This document shows, one piece after another, positions 36,540 to 46,035 of a stretch of DNA of 64,000 nucleotides (position 1 is its first letter; every line of letters begins with the position of its first letter). The notes below the pieces were generated by a model. It worked only from the letters and a program-made list of their open reading frames with translations. It made no database searches and was not told where the DNA came from. This DNA comes from Candidatus Marinacidobacterium sp. (GTDB taxonomy: Bacteria; Acidobacteriota; Vicinamibacteria; Marinacidobacterales; Marinacidobacteraceae): NCBI GenBank assembly GCA_965204755.1, contig OZ242011.1, forward strand, positions 736,001-800,000, in the 5' to 3' direction. Made by a program: the position numbers and the translations under genes.

Positions 36540-37574
36540 ATGGATTTCCTGCCGGACACGAAGATCGACTGGCTGAAGTACCGGTGGTGGTTCGCCGCGG
36601 TTTCGCTTTCCCTGGTGGCCGCCGGGGTGTTCGACATCGCCCGCAAGGGCGGGCTGCGCTACGGCATCGATTTCTCCGAAGGCACGATGGTCGTCGCCAA
36701 GTTCGCCGACCCGCCGGAGATCGAGGCGGTCCGCGAGGCGGTGTCGGCGCTCGGCTACGGCGACGCGGTGATCCAGCGGTACGACCGCCCGGAGATGCAC
36801 CAGGTGGCGATCCGGGTGGAGAAGGCGGATGCCGCCGGGGAGCCGTCCGGGGAGGCGCCGGACGCCGGGGCCGCCGGGGCGCCCGCGGCCCCCGGGACGC
36901 CCGGGGCCGGGGAAGAAGGCATTGACGCCACCGCCAACCGGATCCTCGAGGCGCTCCGGGAAGGCCGGGCCGGCAACGAACTGGTCTCCGCCAGCACCGA
37001 GATCGTGGGGCCGGTGGTCGGCGAGGAACTCCGGCGCCGCGCGCGGAACGCCACCCTGCTCGCGCTCTTCGCGATGCTGGTCTATATCGGCTTCCGCTTC
37101 GAGCCGGTGTACGGGGTGGGCGCGACCGTGGCGGTGATCCACGATGTGGTCGTCACCCTCTCGCTGGTCTCGCTCTTCGGCTACGAAATCAGCCTGAATG
37201 TGATCGCCGCCTTCATGACCCTGGTCGGCTACTCGGTGAACGACACCATCGTGATCTTCGACCGGGTGCGGGAGAACCGCCACATCCACCGCCGGCTCGA
37301 ACTGGGCGAGATCGTGAACCTCGCGATCAACCAGACCCTCCGGCGGACGGTGCTCACCTCCGGGCTGACCCTGGTCGCCGTGGGCGCCCTGTTCGTCTGG
37401 GGCGGCGAAGTCCTCCGCTCGTTCTCCTTCGTCCTGGTGGCGGGCGTGCTGGTCGGGACCTACTCCTCCATCGGCGTCGCTTCCCCGATCGTCCTCTGGT
37501 GGCGGTCGGTCCGCCGCCGCCGCGCCGCCACCGAAGAACAGCGCCGCCCCCGGGAACAGGCCGCAAGGGTGTAA
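36540..37574 (+). CDS. secF: Protein translocase subunit SecF
   Basis: GIDFSEG, VGPVVGEEL, HDVVV, GYSVNDTIVIFDRVRE, GTYSS. Confidence 0.97.
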   Translation: MDFLPDTKIDWLKYRWWFAAVSLSLVAAGVFDIARKGGLRYGIDFSEGTMVVAKFADPPEIEAVREAVSALGYGDAVIQRYDRPEMHQVAIRVEKADAAGEPSGEAPDAGAAGAPAAPGTPGAGEEGIDATANRILEALREGRAGNELVSASTEIVGPVVGEELRRRARNATLLALFAMLVYIGFRFEPVYGVGATVAVIHDVVVTLSLVSLFGYEISLNVIAAFMTLVGYSVNDTIVIFDRVRENRHIHRRLELGEIVNLAINQTLRRTVLTSGLTLVAVGALFVWGGEVLRSFSFVLVAGVLVGTYSSIGVASPIVLWWRSVRRRRAATEEQRRPREQAARV

Positions 37575-37715
37575 CCCCCGCGGGGAGGGGAAACCCGCCC
37601 GCGTGAGTTTCCCGATGCTCTCTACGGTCGTGTAACCCTCGCGGGGAGGGGAAACACCCTTCGTGCTTGGCGGGGCCGATCCGGCCCCGCGTAACGGCCC
37701 GCAGGGAGGGGAAAC
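37569..37715 (+). repeat. Three 26-27-bp repeats with unique 35- and 33-bp spacers (CRISPR-like mini-array or structured intergenic element)
   Basis: GTGTAACCCCCGCGGGGAGGGGAAAC (37569), GTGTAACCCTCGCGGGGAGGGGAAAC (37630), GCGTAACGGCCCGCAGGGAGGGGAAAC (37689). Confidence 0.75.
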
Positions 37716-37902
37716 CCGTCCCCGCGCCCCTCCCCCCGGCGCTTCCCGCCGGAGGAGGCTCCCCGGATTCGTCCCGCGCGGGCGGTCGAACCGCGCCCGG
37801 GAAAGCCTCCGGACGGCGCGGCGGAGGGCCGCCCGGACCGCCCGCTTCGGCAGCGGCCGCGCGACGCCCCGCTCGGTACACTCCGGCGGAGGCCGGCCGC
37901 CG

Positions 37903-38910
37903 ATGTCCCGCGAGGAACGCCGTCACCCCGGAGGGGCGCGGCGCCCGCCGGTGGCCGGCCGCCCCGCGGGCCCGCCGGCGCGCCGCCGGGTCTGGATCTG
38001 GGGCCGCTCGCTCTTCCCGGGCCGGCTCGGCGCCCGATCGGGTTCGGGCGCGCCCCCGCCGACGAACGACGCCCCGGGAAGCGCTGCGGTCTCCCCGGCC
38101 GCACCGCGGGTCACCCCGGCCGCACCGCGCCGGAAGCCCGACTTCGGCGCGGGACTGTCCTCCCCGGCCACCGCGAAACGCGGCCCGCTCCGGGCGTTGC
38201 CGCTCGGCCTCGCGCTCCACCTCGCCGCCGCCGCGCTGGCCCTCGACGCCGCCGCGACTTTCCGGGCCGACCGGCTGCCCGAGCCCGCGGCGCACCGGGT
38301 GCGGCTCGCCTCCCTGCCTCCGGCGGCGAGCCGGCTCGGCGATTCCGTGGTCAGCGCCCGCCGGCCGGAGGGCGCCCGGCCGGCGACCCCCGCCGTCCCC
38401 GTTCCCCCGCGTCCGGCGGAACCGGTCCCGGCGATGCCGCGGCCGGCGGACCTCTCCCCGCTGCTCGAGAGTCTCGACGAGGTCCGCGTCCCGCCCCCGG
38501 CGCCGGAAGCCCTCCGGGGCGGCGCGCGCTCCGCCGGCGTCCTCGGCCGTCCGGACGGCGCGCTCGGCGGCCTCCCGGGCGGCGTCCCCGGCGGATCGGT
38601 CCACGGCCTCCGGGGCCGGGGAGACCCCGACCTCCCGCCGCCGGACACGCCCCCCCGGCCGCTGGCGATGCCGCAGCCCCGCTTCCCGGCGGAGGCCCTC
38701 CGCGACGGCGTCCGGGGCAGCGTGGTCCTCCGGGCGCTCATCACCGCCCGCGGGACGGTGGAAGTCCTGCGGATCCTCCGCTCCGTGCCCGGGCTCGACC
38801 GGGAGGCGGTCCGGGTGGTGGAGTCCGAGTGGCGGTTCCGCCCGGCGCGACTCCGCGGGCGCCCGGTTCCGGCCCTGAGCGACCTCTCCGTCCGCTTCTC
38901 CCTCCGGTGA
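37903..38910 (+). CDS. TonB-family energy transducer (divergent paralogue)
   Basis: Hydrophobic segment with LALH, Pro-rich linker, GGLPGGVPGG, TonB_C (PRFPAEA...GSVVL...LDREAV...WRFRPA); start poorly defined. Confidence 0.7.
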   Translation: MSREERRHPGGARRPPVAGRPAGPPARRRVWIWGRSLFPGRLGARSGSGAPPPTNDAPGSAAVSPAAPRVTPAAPRRKPDFGAGLSSPATAKRGPLRALPLGLALHLAAAALALDAAATFRADRLPEPAAHRVRLASLPPAASRLGDSVVSARRPEGARPATPAVPVPPRPAEPVPAMPRPADLSPLLESLDEVRVPPPAPEALRGGARSAGVLGRPDGALGGLPGGVPGGSVHGLRGRGDPDLPPPDTPPRPLAMPQPRFPAEALRDGVRGSVVLRALITARGTVEVLRILRSVPGLDREAVRVVESEWRFRPARLRGRPVPALSDLSVRFSLR

Positions 38911-39008
38911 CGGCCGGGGTTCCGGCCGCGGTTCCGGTCCGGTTCCCGGCCTCCCGGCGCCCGGTTCGCGCCGCCCCCGCCGCCCGGCCCGAGGCCACTT
39001 CCTCTCTG

Positions 39009-39037
39009 TTGACATCGAAGGGGCGCGGTGTTACTTT
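39009..39037 (+). promoter_or_regulatory. Sigma70 promoter of the tonB-exbB-exbD operon
   Basis: TTGACA (39009-39014), 17 bp, TACTTT (39032-39037) with TG extension. Confidence 0.7.
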
Positions 39038-39213
39038 CTCCGTCTTCCCCTGCCCGCCCCGCGGGCTGATCCGAATCCTGACCTTCGCGTCGCTCAAGAC
39101 ACTGCCCGCCGCGAAGGCAGGCCGCCTCCGACGGCTCGCTCGTCGGCGGGGACGACCAGAGAGCGCCCGGAAGAACACCCGGAAGAACACCCGGCTGGGC
39201 AAAGGAGCCTGAA

Positions 39214-39924
39214 ATGGCCAGAAACCCCACCTTCGAGGTCGCGTCGCAAGATCAGGGCGCCGGCCGCACGGCCGGAAGTTTCGCCGTCTCGTTCCTGGTC
39301 CAGGGCGCGCTCGTCGTGGCCCTGATCGTGATCCCCATCCTGACGGTGAACCTGCCGACCCCCGACGGGATCATGACCTTCATGGCGGCCGCTCCGCCGC
39401 CGCCTCCCCCCCCGCCGCCGCCGCCCCCGCCGAAGACCCGGCGGCGTCCGGCCGCCCCGAAGCCGGTGCTGAACACGACCCCCCAGTTCGTGGCGCCGGT
39501 GGAGATCCCTGACGAAGTCGGCGCCGGCGTGGACTTCGGCGTCCCCGGCGGCGTCGAAGGCGGCGTCCCCGGCGGCATCATCGGCGGCATCGTCGGCGGC
39601 CTGCCCTCCGGCCCGCCCCCGCCGCCGCCCAAGGCGGCCCCGGTCCGGGTCGGCGGAGACATCCGCGAACCGCAGAAGACGGTCCATGTGAACCCGATCT
39701 ACCCGGAGATCGCCAAGCAGGCGCGGGTCTCGGGCGTCGTCATCCTCGAAGCGATCATCGATCCGAACGGCAATGTGACCAACCTCTCGGTCCTCCGTTC
39801 GATCCCGCTGCTCGACCAGGCGGCCATGGACGCCGTCCGGCAGTGGCGGTACCAGCCCACCCTGCTGAACGGCGTACCGGTGCCGATCGTGATGACCGTC
39901 ACCGTGCAGTTCAACTTGGGCTGA
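39214..39924 (+). CDS. tonB: TonB-family energy transducer
   Basis: N-terminal TM, poly-Pro, GGVEGGVPGG, PIYPEIAKQARVSG...LDQAAMDAVRQWRYQP. Confidence 0.92.
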   Translation: MARNPTFEVASQDQGAGRTAGSFAVSFLVQGALVVALIVIPILTVNLPTPDGIMTFMAAAPPPPPPPPPPPPPKTRRRPAAPKPVLNTTPQFVAPVEIPDEVGAGVDFGVPGGVEGGVPGGIIGGIVGGLPSGPPPPPPKAAPVRVGGDIREPQKTVHVNPIYPEIAKQARVSGVVILEAIIDPNGNVTNLSVLRSIPLLDQAAMDAVRQWRYQPTLLNGVPVPIVMTVTVQFNLG

Positions 39925-40131
39925 CGCTCCGTTCGCCGACTTCCATCTTGACGGTGCGCCCGGCCCGTCCGCATTCGCCGGTCTCCGTCCCGCCGACAGG
40001 CGGCGGTTCCCGGCGGTTCGTTCCGGGCGCCCGCTTCCACCTTCCAGTCCCGGCAGCCTTCCGGCCCGGGCGAGTGACCGGGAACCCCGGTTCCCACCCC
40101 CACTTCCACGAATCCAGGAGGACTCACGGGA

Positions 40132-40803
40132 ATGTCTTTCGACCTGCTTGAGATCTGGTCCCACATGGGGCCGGCCGCGAAGCTCATCAACGGCGTGATG
40201 GCCGTCATGTCGGTGTACTCCCTCTCGGTCATGATCGAGCGGTACCTGACCTACACCAGGGCCAAGAGCCAGTCGCGGAGTTACGCCGTCCGGATCTCCA
40301 AGGAACTCAAGGCCGGCAACATCGAGTCGGCCATCAAGGCCAGCAAGAGCCAGGAGGTGAAGAACAGCCACCTGGCCAAAGTCCTGCTGGCGGGTCTCCA
40401 GGAAGCCCAGTACCAGTCGGAGGAAGGCGTCTCGCAGAGCAAGTCCGAGACCCTGGAATCCGCGCACCGCGCCATCCAGCGCGCCACGGCCATCAGCATG
40501 ATGGACCTGCGGCGGAACCTCTCCGGCCTCGCCACGGTCGGCGCGACGGCGCCGTTCGTCGGCCTGCTCGGCACGGTGCTCGGGATCATCACCGCGTTCC
40601 GCGGCATGGCCCTCACGGGCTCCGGCGGCATCGGCGCGGTCTCGGCGGGAATCGCCGAGGCGCTCATCGCCACCGCGTTCGGACTCTTCGTCGCCATCCC
40701 GGCGGTGTGGGCGTTCAACTACCTGACCAATCGGGCGGACGGCTTCGGTGTCGAGATGGACAACGGCGCTTCCGAACTCATGGACTTCATGGAGCGTCGC
40801 TGA
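40132..40803 (+). CDS. exbB: MotA/TolQ/ExbB proton channel
   Basis: LATVGATAPFVGLLGTVLGI, GIAEALIATAFGL. Confidence 0.93.
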   Translation: MSFDLLEIWSHMGPAAKLINGVMAVMSVYSLSVMIERYLTYTRAKSQSRSYAVRISKELKAGNIESAIKASKSQEVKNSHLAKVLLAGLQEAQYQSEEGVSQSKSETLESAHRAIQRATAISMMDLRRNLSGLATVGATAPFVGLLGTVLGIITAFRGMALTGSGGIGAVSAGIAEALIATAFGLFVAIPAVWAFNYLTNRADGFGVEMDNGASELMDFMERR

Positions 40804-40810
40804 CGGGTGA

Positions 40811-40865
40811 CCCGTTTCGCGGTGGCCCGTTTCGCGGTGGCCCGTTTCGCGGTGGCCCGGTTCGC
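40811..40865. repeat. 15-bp tandem repeat, 3.5 copies
   Basis: CCCGTTTCGCGGTGG x3 plus a partial copy. Confidence 0.9.
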
Positions 40866-40957
40866 TTTCGAGCCGGGCCCGGCGCGCGCCTCCGGCCGGT
40901 CTTCGATTTCCGTCACCGGCCGCCCTTCCGTCAACCCCAACTAAGGAGTAAACCGTC

Positions 40958-41368
40958 ATGGGAATGGCCGGCCTCGGCAGCAAGGATGTCAACGCCAACA
41001 TCAATGTGACCCCGCTCGCGGATGTCATGCTGGTGCTGCTCATCATCTTCATGGTCGTGACCCCGCTCCTCCAGAAGGGCGTGGATGTCAAACTTCCGGT
41101 CGCCGAGTACGGCGCCGACCACCCGGACAGCGACGATGTCGTCAATGTGGCCGTCCGGGAGGACGGAGGGATCTTCCTCGATCTCATCCAGATCACGCGG
41201 TCGGAACTCCCGACCCTCCTCACGGAGAAGTTCTCCGGCAAGACGGAGCATGTCCTGTTCCTCAAGGCCGACGAGCGGCTCACCTATCGGGAAGTCCTCG
41301 ACATCATGGAACTGTGCCGCGACGGGGGGGCCGACGAGATCGGCCTCATCACCGAGCGCACCGAGTAA
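40958..41368 (+). CDS. exbD: ExbD/TolR, copy 1
   Basis: INVTPLADVMLVLLIIFMV; LFLKAD. Confidence 0.93.
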   Translation: MGMAGLGSKDVNANINVTPLADVMLVLLIIFMVVTPLLQKGVDVKLPVAEYGADHPDSDDVVNVAVREDGGIFLDLIQITRSELPTLLTEKFSGKTEHVLFLKADERLTYREVLDIMELCRDGGADEIGLITERTE

Positions 41369-41411
41369 GGCCGGGCGATCCGTCAGGCCCTGACCCGCAG
41401 GAGAAGACATC

Positions 41412-41819
41412 ATGGGAATGTCCGGCTTCGCCTCCGGCGGAGTGACTTCCGACATCAACATCACGCCGCTCATCGATGTGCTGCTCGTGCTGCTCATCAT
41501 CTTCATGGTCGTGACCCCGCTCACCCAGCAGGGGCACGATGTGGAGATGCCCGAGAGCCAGGACGAGGTCGCCGAGCAGACGGAACCCGATCCGAACCAA
41601 CTGGTTCTCAGCATCGACGCCGCCGGCGAAGTCACGATCAACAAGCAGGTCGTCGCGCTGGAGGAACTCCCCCTCCGGATCCGCGACATCTTCGAGACGC
41701 GCGCCGACAAGACCATCTTCCTCAAGGCGTCCGGCATCCTGACCTACGGTGAAGTGGTCGAGATCCTGGATGTGGCCAAGGGGAACGGCGTCGAACGCGT
41801 CGGGATCGTCCCCGAGTAA
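41412..41819 (+). CDS. exbD: ExbD/TolR, copy 2
   Basis: INITPLIDVLLVLLIIFMV; IFLKA. Confidence 0.93.
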   Translation: MGMSGFASGGVTSDINITPLIDVLLVLLIIFMVVTPLTQQGHDVEMPESQDEVAEQTEPDPNQLVLSIDAAGEVTINKQVVALEELPLRIRDIFETRADKTIFLKASGILTYGEVVEILDVAKGNGVERVGIVPE

Positions 41820-41861
41820 CGGGCCCGGTCCGGCACTGCCCCAGCAGGAGGAGTTTCCAAC

Positions 41862-42968
41862 ATGACCAAGGTCGCCAAGCGTTCGCTCATCGCGGGCGGG
41901 GTCCTCGTCGCCATCGTCGGCGGTTCGGTCGTCGCCGGGCTCCCGCAGTACCTGAGCAACTATGTGGACATGCTCCAGGCGATGCGGGCCTTCGGGAAGG
42001 CGAACGAAGCGTACGGACGGAAGGAGTACGAGGAGGCCATCGAGTTCTACGGCACCGCTTCCGACAACGCTCCGAAGGACAACGCGCTCATCCAGACCAC
42101 GCTCGCTTTCTTCACGGCGAGCAGCCACGACCTGGTGCATCGGACCTCGCGCTCCAGCGACCCGGACACCGCCATGCACCTCGACGAAGCGGAGAAGGGC
42201 TACGAAGAGACGATCTCCATCGTCCAGGGGGCGCTCGCCGACCCCATGCTGGACCAGGAGACCAAGGACACCATCGCGGTGTACGAGCGCTACTCCGCCG
42301 AACAACTCGCCGGGATCTACCGCGGGTCGTCGCGCGACGACATGGGGAAGGCCGAGCACTACCTGAGGCGGCTCATCGAGTTGAACCCGGACCAGCCGGC
42401 GCGCTACTACACGCTCGGCGAGTTGTACGAGCAGTACCACGACCCGGAAGAGAATCCGCTCATGGACAAGGTGCTCGAGGCCTTCGAGATGCCGGTGCAA
42501 CTGAACCCCGAGGACCCCATCGGGTACCGGCAGGTGGCCAACCTGCTGAACCGCCACGGACGGTTCGACGAGACCATGGAGTGGCTCGGACGGGCGCGCG
42601 ATGTGGATGAGAGCAACCCCGAGGGCTACTACCTGGTCGCGACCTACTACTGGGACAAGGTGTACCGCGATCCGGACCTGAACCGGAACGAGCGGCGCGA
42701 CTACATCGATCTCGGGATCGACCAACTCGACCAGGCGCTCGACTTGAACGACGAGTATGTGGACGCCCTGATCTACAAGAACCTGCTCCTCCGGGAGAAG
42801 GCCAAGGTGGATACCCGGAACTCCTCGGCCCTCATCGCCGAGGCGGACGAGTACCGGAACCGCGCCCTCGCCCTCCGGGAAGCCCAGCAGGAAGCCGAGC
42901 GCGCCGCCGCCGCGGCCGCCGCCGAAGCGGCCGCCACCGCCACCACCACCGAGGAGCCGCAGCCCTAA
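41862..42968 (+). CDS. Membrane-anchored TPR protein
   Basis: N-terminal TM; TPR-like helices (LIELNPDQPARYYTLG, ALDLNDEYVDALIY); GGAGGAG RBS. Confidence 0.85.
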   Translation: MTKVAKRSLIAGGVLVAIVGGSVVAGLPQYLSNYVDMLQAMRAFGKANEAYGRKEYEEAIEFYGTASDNAPKDNALIQTTLAFFTASSHDLVHRTSRSSDPDTAMHLDEAEKGYEETISIVQGALADPMLDQETKDTIAVYERYSAEQLAGIYRGSSRDDMGKAEHYLRRLIELNPDQPARYYTLGELYEQYHDPEENPLMDKVLEAFEMPVQLNPEDPIGYRQVANLLNRHGRFDETMEWLGRARDVDESNPEGYYLVATYYWDKVYRDPDLNRNERRDYIDLGIDQLDQALDLNDEYVDALIYKNLLLREKAKVDTRNSSALIAEADEYRNRALALREAQQEAERAAAAAAAEAAATATTTEEPQP

Positions 42969-43029
42969 GCGCGGCCCCGCCCCGGGAGACGACCCGCTCG
43001 AAGAGCACCCCGACGACTCCCGAACCCGG

Positions 43030-43072
43030 CCCCGTCGGCCGCCCGCTCCGGCGGCGGCCGGCGGGGTTTTTT
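43030..43072 (+). terminator. Rho-independent terminator
   Basis: 14-bp stem CCCCGTCGGCCGCC / GGCGGCCGGCGGGG (one G-U pair) followed by TTTTTT. Confidence 0.85.
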
Positions 43073-43547
43073 CTTTGCCGCCGCCGCCCGCCGGCTCCCA
43101 ACCGGCTCACAACCGGTAACCGGCCGGAGCAGCCCGTGGAGAAAGTCCGGGGAGTGGATGGCCCCCTCCCCGCGATAGTCGGCGGAGGCAGTCGCGCAGC
43201 GATTCGCGCCGCCGGCCCGCGGGAAGAGCGCCTCGCCGCGAGACCGAACGCGGACTCGGCGCCCTCGCGCCGAGGAGTGGACGGCGGGGCGCTTTTTCCA
43301 CGGGCCGAGAGGGGTTCGCCCCGATGACCGGCTCGGCCTTCGCGCCGTCAGCGGCTACCGTTACCGGAAACCCGTCCGCCGGTGGATCGGCCCGCGGGGA
43401 GAGCGAAACCCGCTCCCCGCGCCCCTCCCCGGAGGAGGGCGCTTCGCGGCGACGAGCGTTCCCGCCGCGACATTCGCCGCCGGCCGTCAGGACTCACGGC
43501 GCGGAGCGGGGGATGCCGCCGGGCGCCGCAGCGGAGGAACCGACACC

Positions 43548-46019
43548 ATGATCCGGCTGGACACCATCCTGCAGAAGGTCCGCGCCTACCAGCCGGATGC
43601 GGACACCACCCTGCTCCGGAGCGCGTATGTGGTGGCGGCGCAGGCGCACGGCGGGCAGGTCCGCCAGTCCGGCGAGCCCTACCTGACCCACCCGCTCGAG
43701 GTGGCGTCCATCCTCGCCGACCTCCACCTCGACCCGGTCGCCGTCGCCGCCGGGCTGCTCCACGATGTGGTGGAGGACTCCCGCGTCACCACCGAGGACA
43801 TCGAGCGCCGGTTCGGGAAACAGATGGGCCGGGTCATCGAAGGCGTCACCAAGTTGAGCCGCGTGGAGTTCAGTTCCGCCGAAGCGAACCAGGCGGAGAA
43901 TGTCCGCAAGATGCTCATCGCGATGACCGACGACATCCGGGTCATCCTGATCAAACTGGCCGACCGCCTCCACAACATGCGGACGCTCTCGCACCTGCGG
44001 GAGGACAAGCGCCGGAGGATCGCTTCGGAAACCCTCGATGTGTACGCCCCGCTCGCCGGCCGCCTGGGCATCGGACGCATCGAAGAGGAACTGCAGGAAC
44101 TCTCGCTGCGCCACCTGGAACCGCAGACCTACCGGGTGCTCGAGGCCCGCGTGAAGTCCAAGAAGCGGTGGGCGGACGACTTCATCCGCGACATCACCCG
44201 CACGCTGTGGAAGAAACTCCAGGCCGAGGACATCCCCGGCGAACTCTCCGGACGCCCGAAGAGCATCTATTCCATCTACCAGAAGATGCACCGGCAGCAG
44301 ATCGAACTCGACCAGATGTACGACTACATCGCGATCCGGCTGGTGACCGACACGATTCCGCACTGCTACACCGCTCTCGGCGTCGTCCACAACACCTGGC
44401 GCCCGATACCCGGACGGATCAAGGACTTCATCGCCATGCCCCGTCCGAACGGCTACCAGTCGCTGCATACCAGCCTGCTCACCGACTCCGGCACGCACTT
44501 CGAGGTGCAGATCCGCACGAAGAACATGCATCGGGTGGCGGAAGAAGGCATCGCGGCCCACTGGGGGTACAAGGCCTCCTCACCCTACGGCGACAAGGAA
44601 GTCGAACGGCTCGCCTGGCTGCGCCAGATGCTGGACTGGCAAAAGGAGGTGGACGATCCGCACGAGTTCCTCAGCAACCTGAAGATCGATCTCTACGCGG
44701 AGGAAGTGCACTGCTTCACCCCCAAGGGAGAAGTGAAGACCCTCCCCCGGGGCGCCACCGTCGTGGACTTCGCCTACGCCATCCACACCGAAGTCGGCCA
44801 CGGCTGCGCCGGCGCCCGGGTGAACGGCGCGGCGGCGCCGCTGCGCTACGAACTCCGGAACGGCGACATCTGCGAGATCCTGACCGACAAGAAGCACCTG
44901 CCGAGCGAAGACTGGATCAAGATCGCCCGGACGAACCGCGCCAAGACCAAGATCCGGGCGCGGCTGAACGCCGAAGCCCGGCGGCGGAGCATCGAGATCG
45001 GCCGCCAACTCATCGAGAAGGAAGCCGCCCGGTACGGTCTCGGTTTCCGCCGGGTGAAGAACGCCCCCGGACTGGAAGAGGCGAAGAAACGCCAGGGCGC
45101 CGCCACGCTGGACGACCTGCTCGCCGCCGTCGGCTACGGCCGGGTGGAAGCGTCCCGCGTGCTGCAGAACTGCTTCCCGGACGGCTCGCTGAAGAAGAAG
45201 GAGGACGCTTCGGCGCCGGCCGCCCCGATCGCCAGCGCCGTGCGGCGCATCATCGGCCGGGAAGCCGGGCAGATCCTGGTCAGCGGGCGCCGGGACAGTC
45301 TGGTGCACCGGGCGGAGTGCTGCTCCCCGATACCGGGGGAGGCGATCACGGGTTACCTCACCAAGGGGCGCGGCGTGGATGTGCACTCGGCCCGGTGCGC
45401 CCGCCTCGGCGACCTCGAACTCGACCCGGAGCGGCGGGTGAGCGTCACCTGGAAGTCGCTCACCGGCAGCCGTTACGACACCTGCCTCACCGTGGAAGTG
45501 GAGAACCGGAAGGGGATCCTCGCGGACATCACCAAGGTCATCGCCGAAGCCGACACCGACATCGTCACCGTGGAAGCCATCGCGGACGAGTTCGCCCGCG
45601 GCGAAATCCGGGTCACCGTCTCCGTCCGGAACACGAAGGAAGTGGACCGGCTGACGCAGACGGTCCGCGATGTCCCGGGAGTCATCCATGTCGAACGCGG
45701 ACGGGAACGAGCCGCTCCCGCCCCGGACGCTCCAACCCCGGACGCTCCCGCCCCGGACGAACCCGGCGACGCGCGCGGCGACGGGGACGGCGCCGCCTCC
45801 GGCGGGACGCAGCCGGCCGCGGCCCGCCCGGACCCGAACGGCGGGGCCGAACCGGAGCGATCCGGCGCCCCGGGCCAACCGAACGAGCCGAACGAGCCGG
45901 TTCCCGAACCCGCGCCTGCCGAAGCCGCGGGGACGGACGCCCTCGGCGGGGTCGGCCCGGTGGTCGGGCCGCAGGCGGGCGCCCCGCCCGCATCCGGGGC
46001 GGCGGCGGACCGGAAGTAG
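43548..46019 (+). CDS. relA: Bifunctional (p)ppGpp synthetase/hydrolase (long RSH)
   Basis: LLHDVVED, KLADRLHNMRT, RIKD, YQSLHT, TGS (DFAYAIHT), CC, ACT; ~100-aa low-complexity tail. Confidence 0.95.
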   Translation: MIRLDTILQKVRAYQPDADTTLLRSAYVVAAQAHGGQVRQSGEPYLTHPLEVASILADLHLDPVAVAAGLLHDVVEDSRVTTEDIERRFGKQMGRVIEGVTKLSRVEFSSAEANQAENVRKMLIAMTDDIRVILIKLADRLHNMRTLSHLREDKRRRIASETLDVYAPLAGRLGIGRIEEELQELSLRHLEPQTYRVLEARVKSKKRWADDFIRDITRTLWKKLQAEDIPGELSGRPKSIYSIYQKMHRQQIELDQMYDYIAIRLVTDTIPHCYTALGVVHNTWRPIPGRIKDFIAMPRPNGYQSLHTSLLTDSGTHFEVQIRTKNMHRVAEEGIAAHWGYKASSPYGDKEVERLAWLRQMLDWQKEVDDPHEFLSNLKIDLYAEEVHCFTPKGEVKTLPRGATVVDFAYAIHTEVGHGCAGARVNGAAAPLRYELRNGDICEILTDKKHLPSEDWIKIARTNRAKTKIRARLNAEARRRSIEIGRQLIEKEAARYGLGFRRVKNAPGLEEAKKRQGAATLDDLLAAVGYGRVEASRVLQNCFPDGSLKKKEDASAPAAPIASAVRRIIGREAGQILVSGRRDSLVHRAECCSPIPGEAITGYLTKGRGVDVHSARCARLGDLELDPERRVSVTWKSLTGSRYDTCLTVEVENRKGILADITKVIAEADTDIVTVEAIADEFARGEIRVTVSVRNTKEVDRLTQTVRDVPGVIHVERGRERAAPAPDAPTPDAPAPDEPGDARGDGDGAASGGTQPAAARPDPNGGAEPERSGAPGQPNEPNEPVPEPAPAEAAGTDALGGVGPVVGPQAGAPPASGAAADRK

Positions 46020-46035
46020 GCGCTCCCCGCGCCGT

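Noticed and set aside
43078-43547. Long GC-rich intergenic region upstream of rel as a possible ncRNA or riboswitch
   Set aside because: No recognisable conserved RNA motif; an Rfam/Infernal search would be needed.
45700-46019. Extra C-terminal domain on Rel
   Set aside because: Low-complexity Pro/Ala/Gly tail, similar to disordered extensions on other proteins in this window.
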